This document shows, in pieces, positions 63,801 to 64,000 of a stretch of 64,000 nt of DNA (position 1 is its first letter; each line of letters begins with the position of its first letter). Under the pieces are notes generated by a model. The model saw nothing but the letters and a program-made list of their open reading frames with translations, was not told where the DNA came from and ran no database searches. The stretch is from Anolis carolinensis (Eukaryota): positions 126,395,971-126,459,970 of the forward strand of contig NC_085843.1 of assembly GCF_035594765.1 (NCBI RefSeq), given 5' to 3'. A program made the position numbers and the translations under genes.

Positions 63801-64000
63801 GTCTGCCATGTTGGTCTCCACATGACAAATCTGTCCCCTGCTATTGATGGGAAAACATGTCAATAGTCCCTGATCATGCTACGTTCCTCGATTTACCTGA
63901 GCAATAATCTGCAGGTGCTTCTGCTGGCATGGCATTGTCTACTCCCTCTTGAAGTTAAAAAAATGAGAAATGGATTTTTTTTTAAAAAAACTAAACTTCA

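Overview
Vertebrate genomic DNA, almost certainly a squamate and most likely an Anolis lizard, judged from the repeat content (Sauria SINEs, Vingi and Vingi-tailed SINEs, BovB/RTE, CR1, L2, R4/Dong, Penelope, Helitrons, many MITEs). The window covers the divergent (head-to-head) 5' ends of two genes. UBAC2 is on the minus strand (coding exon 1 at 7625-7595, intron 1 running off the left edge). DOCK9 is on the plus strand (coding exon 1 at 55072-55218, intron 1 running off the right edge). Each has a CpG-island promoter, and about 47 kb of transposon-rich intergenic DNA lies between them. Nearly all ORFs in the supplied track are spurious or transposon fragments. Main observations: (1) a young solo LTR (46411-47488, 5-bp TSD) whose U3 holds an intact 137-codon acidic ORF with a close match to the LEDGF-IBD/TND-interacting motif (DLF-x8-FEGF); (2) about 2.7 kb of unidentified, decayed coding-like sequence in UBAC2 intron 1; (3) Penelope-derived minimal hammerhead ribozyme motifs, one inside a long fold-back; (4) a CTCF motif inside one arm of a fold-back element; (5) a composite hAT element carrying a 51-bp higher-order minisatellite. 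Family names are from recall of sequence hallmarks, not database searches.
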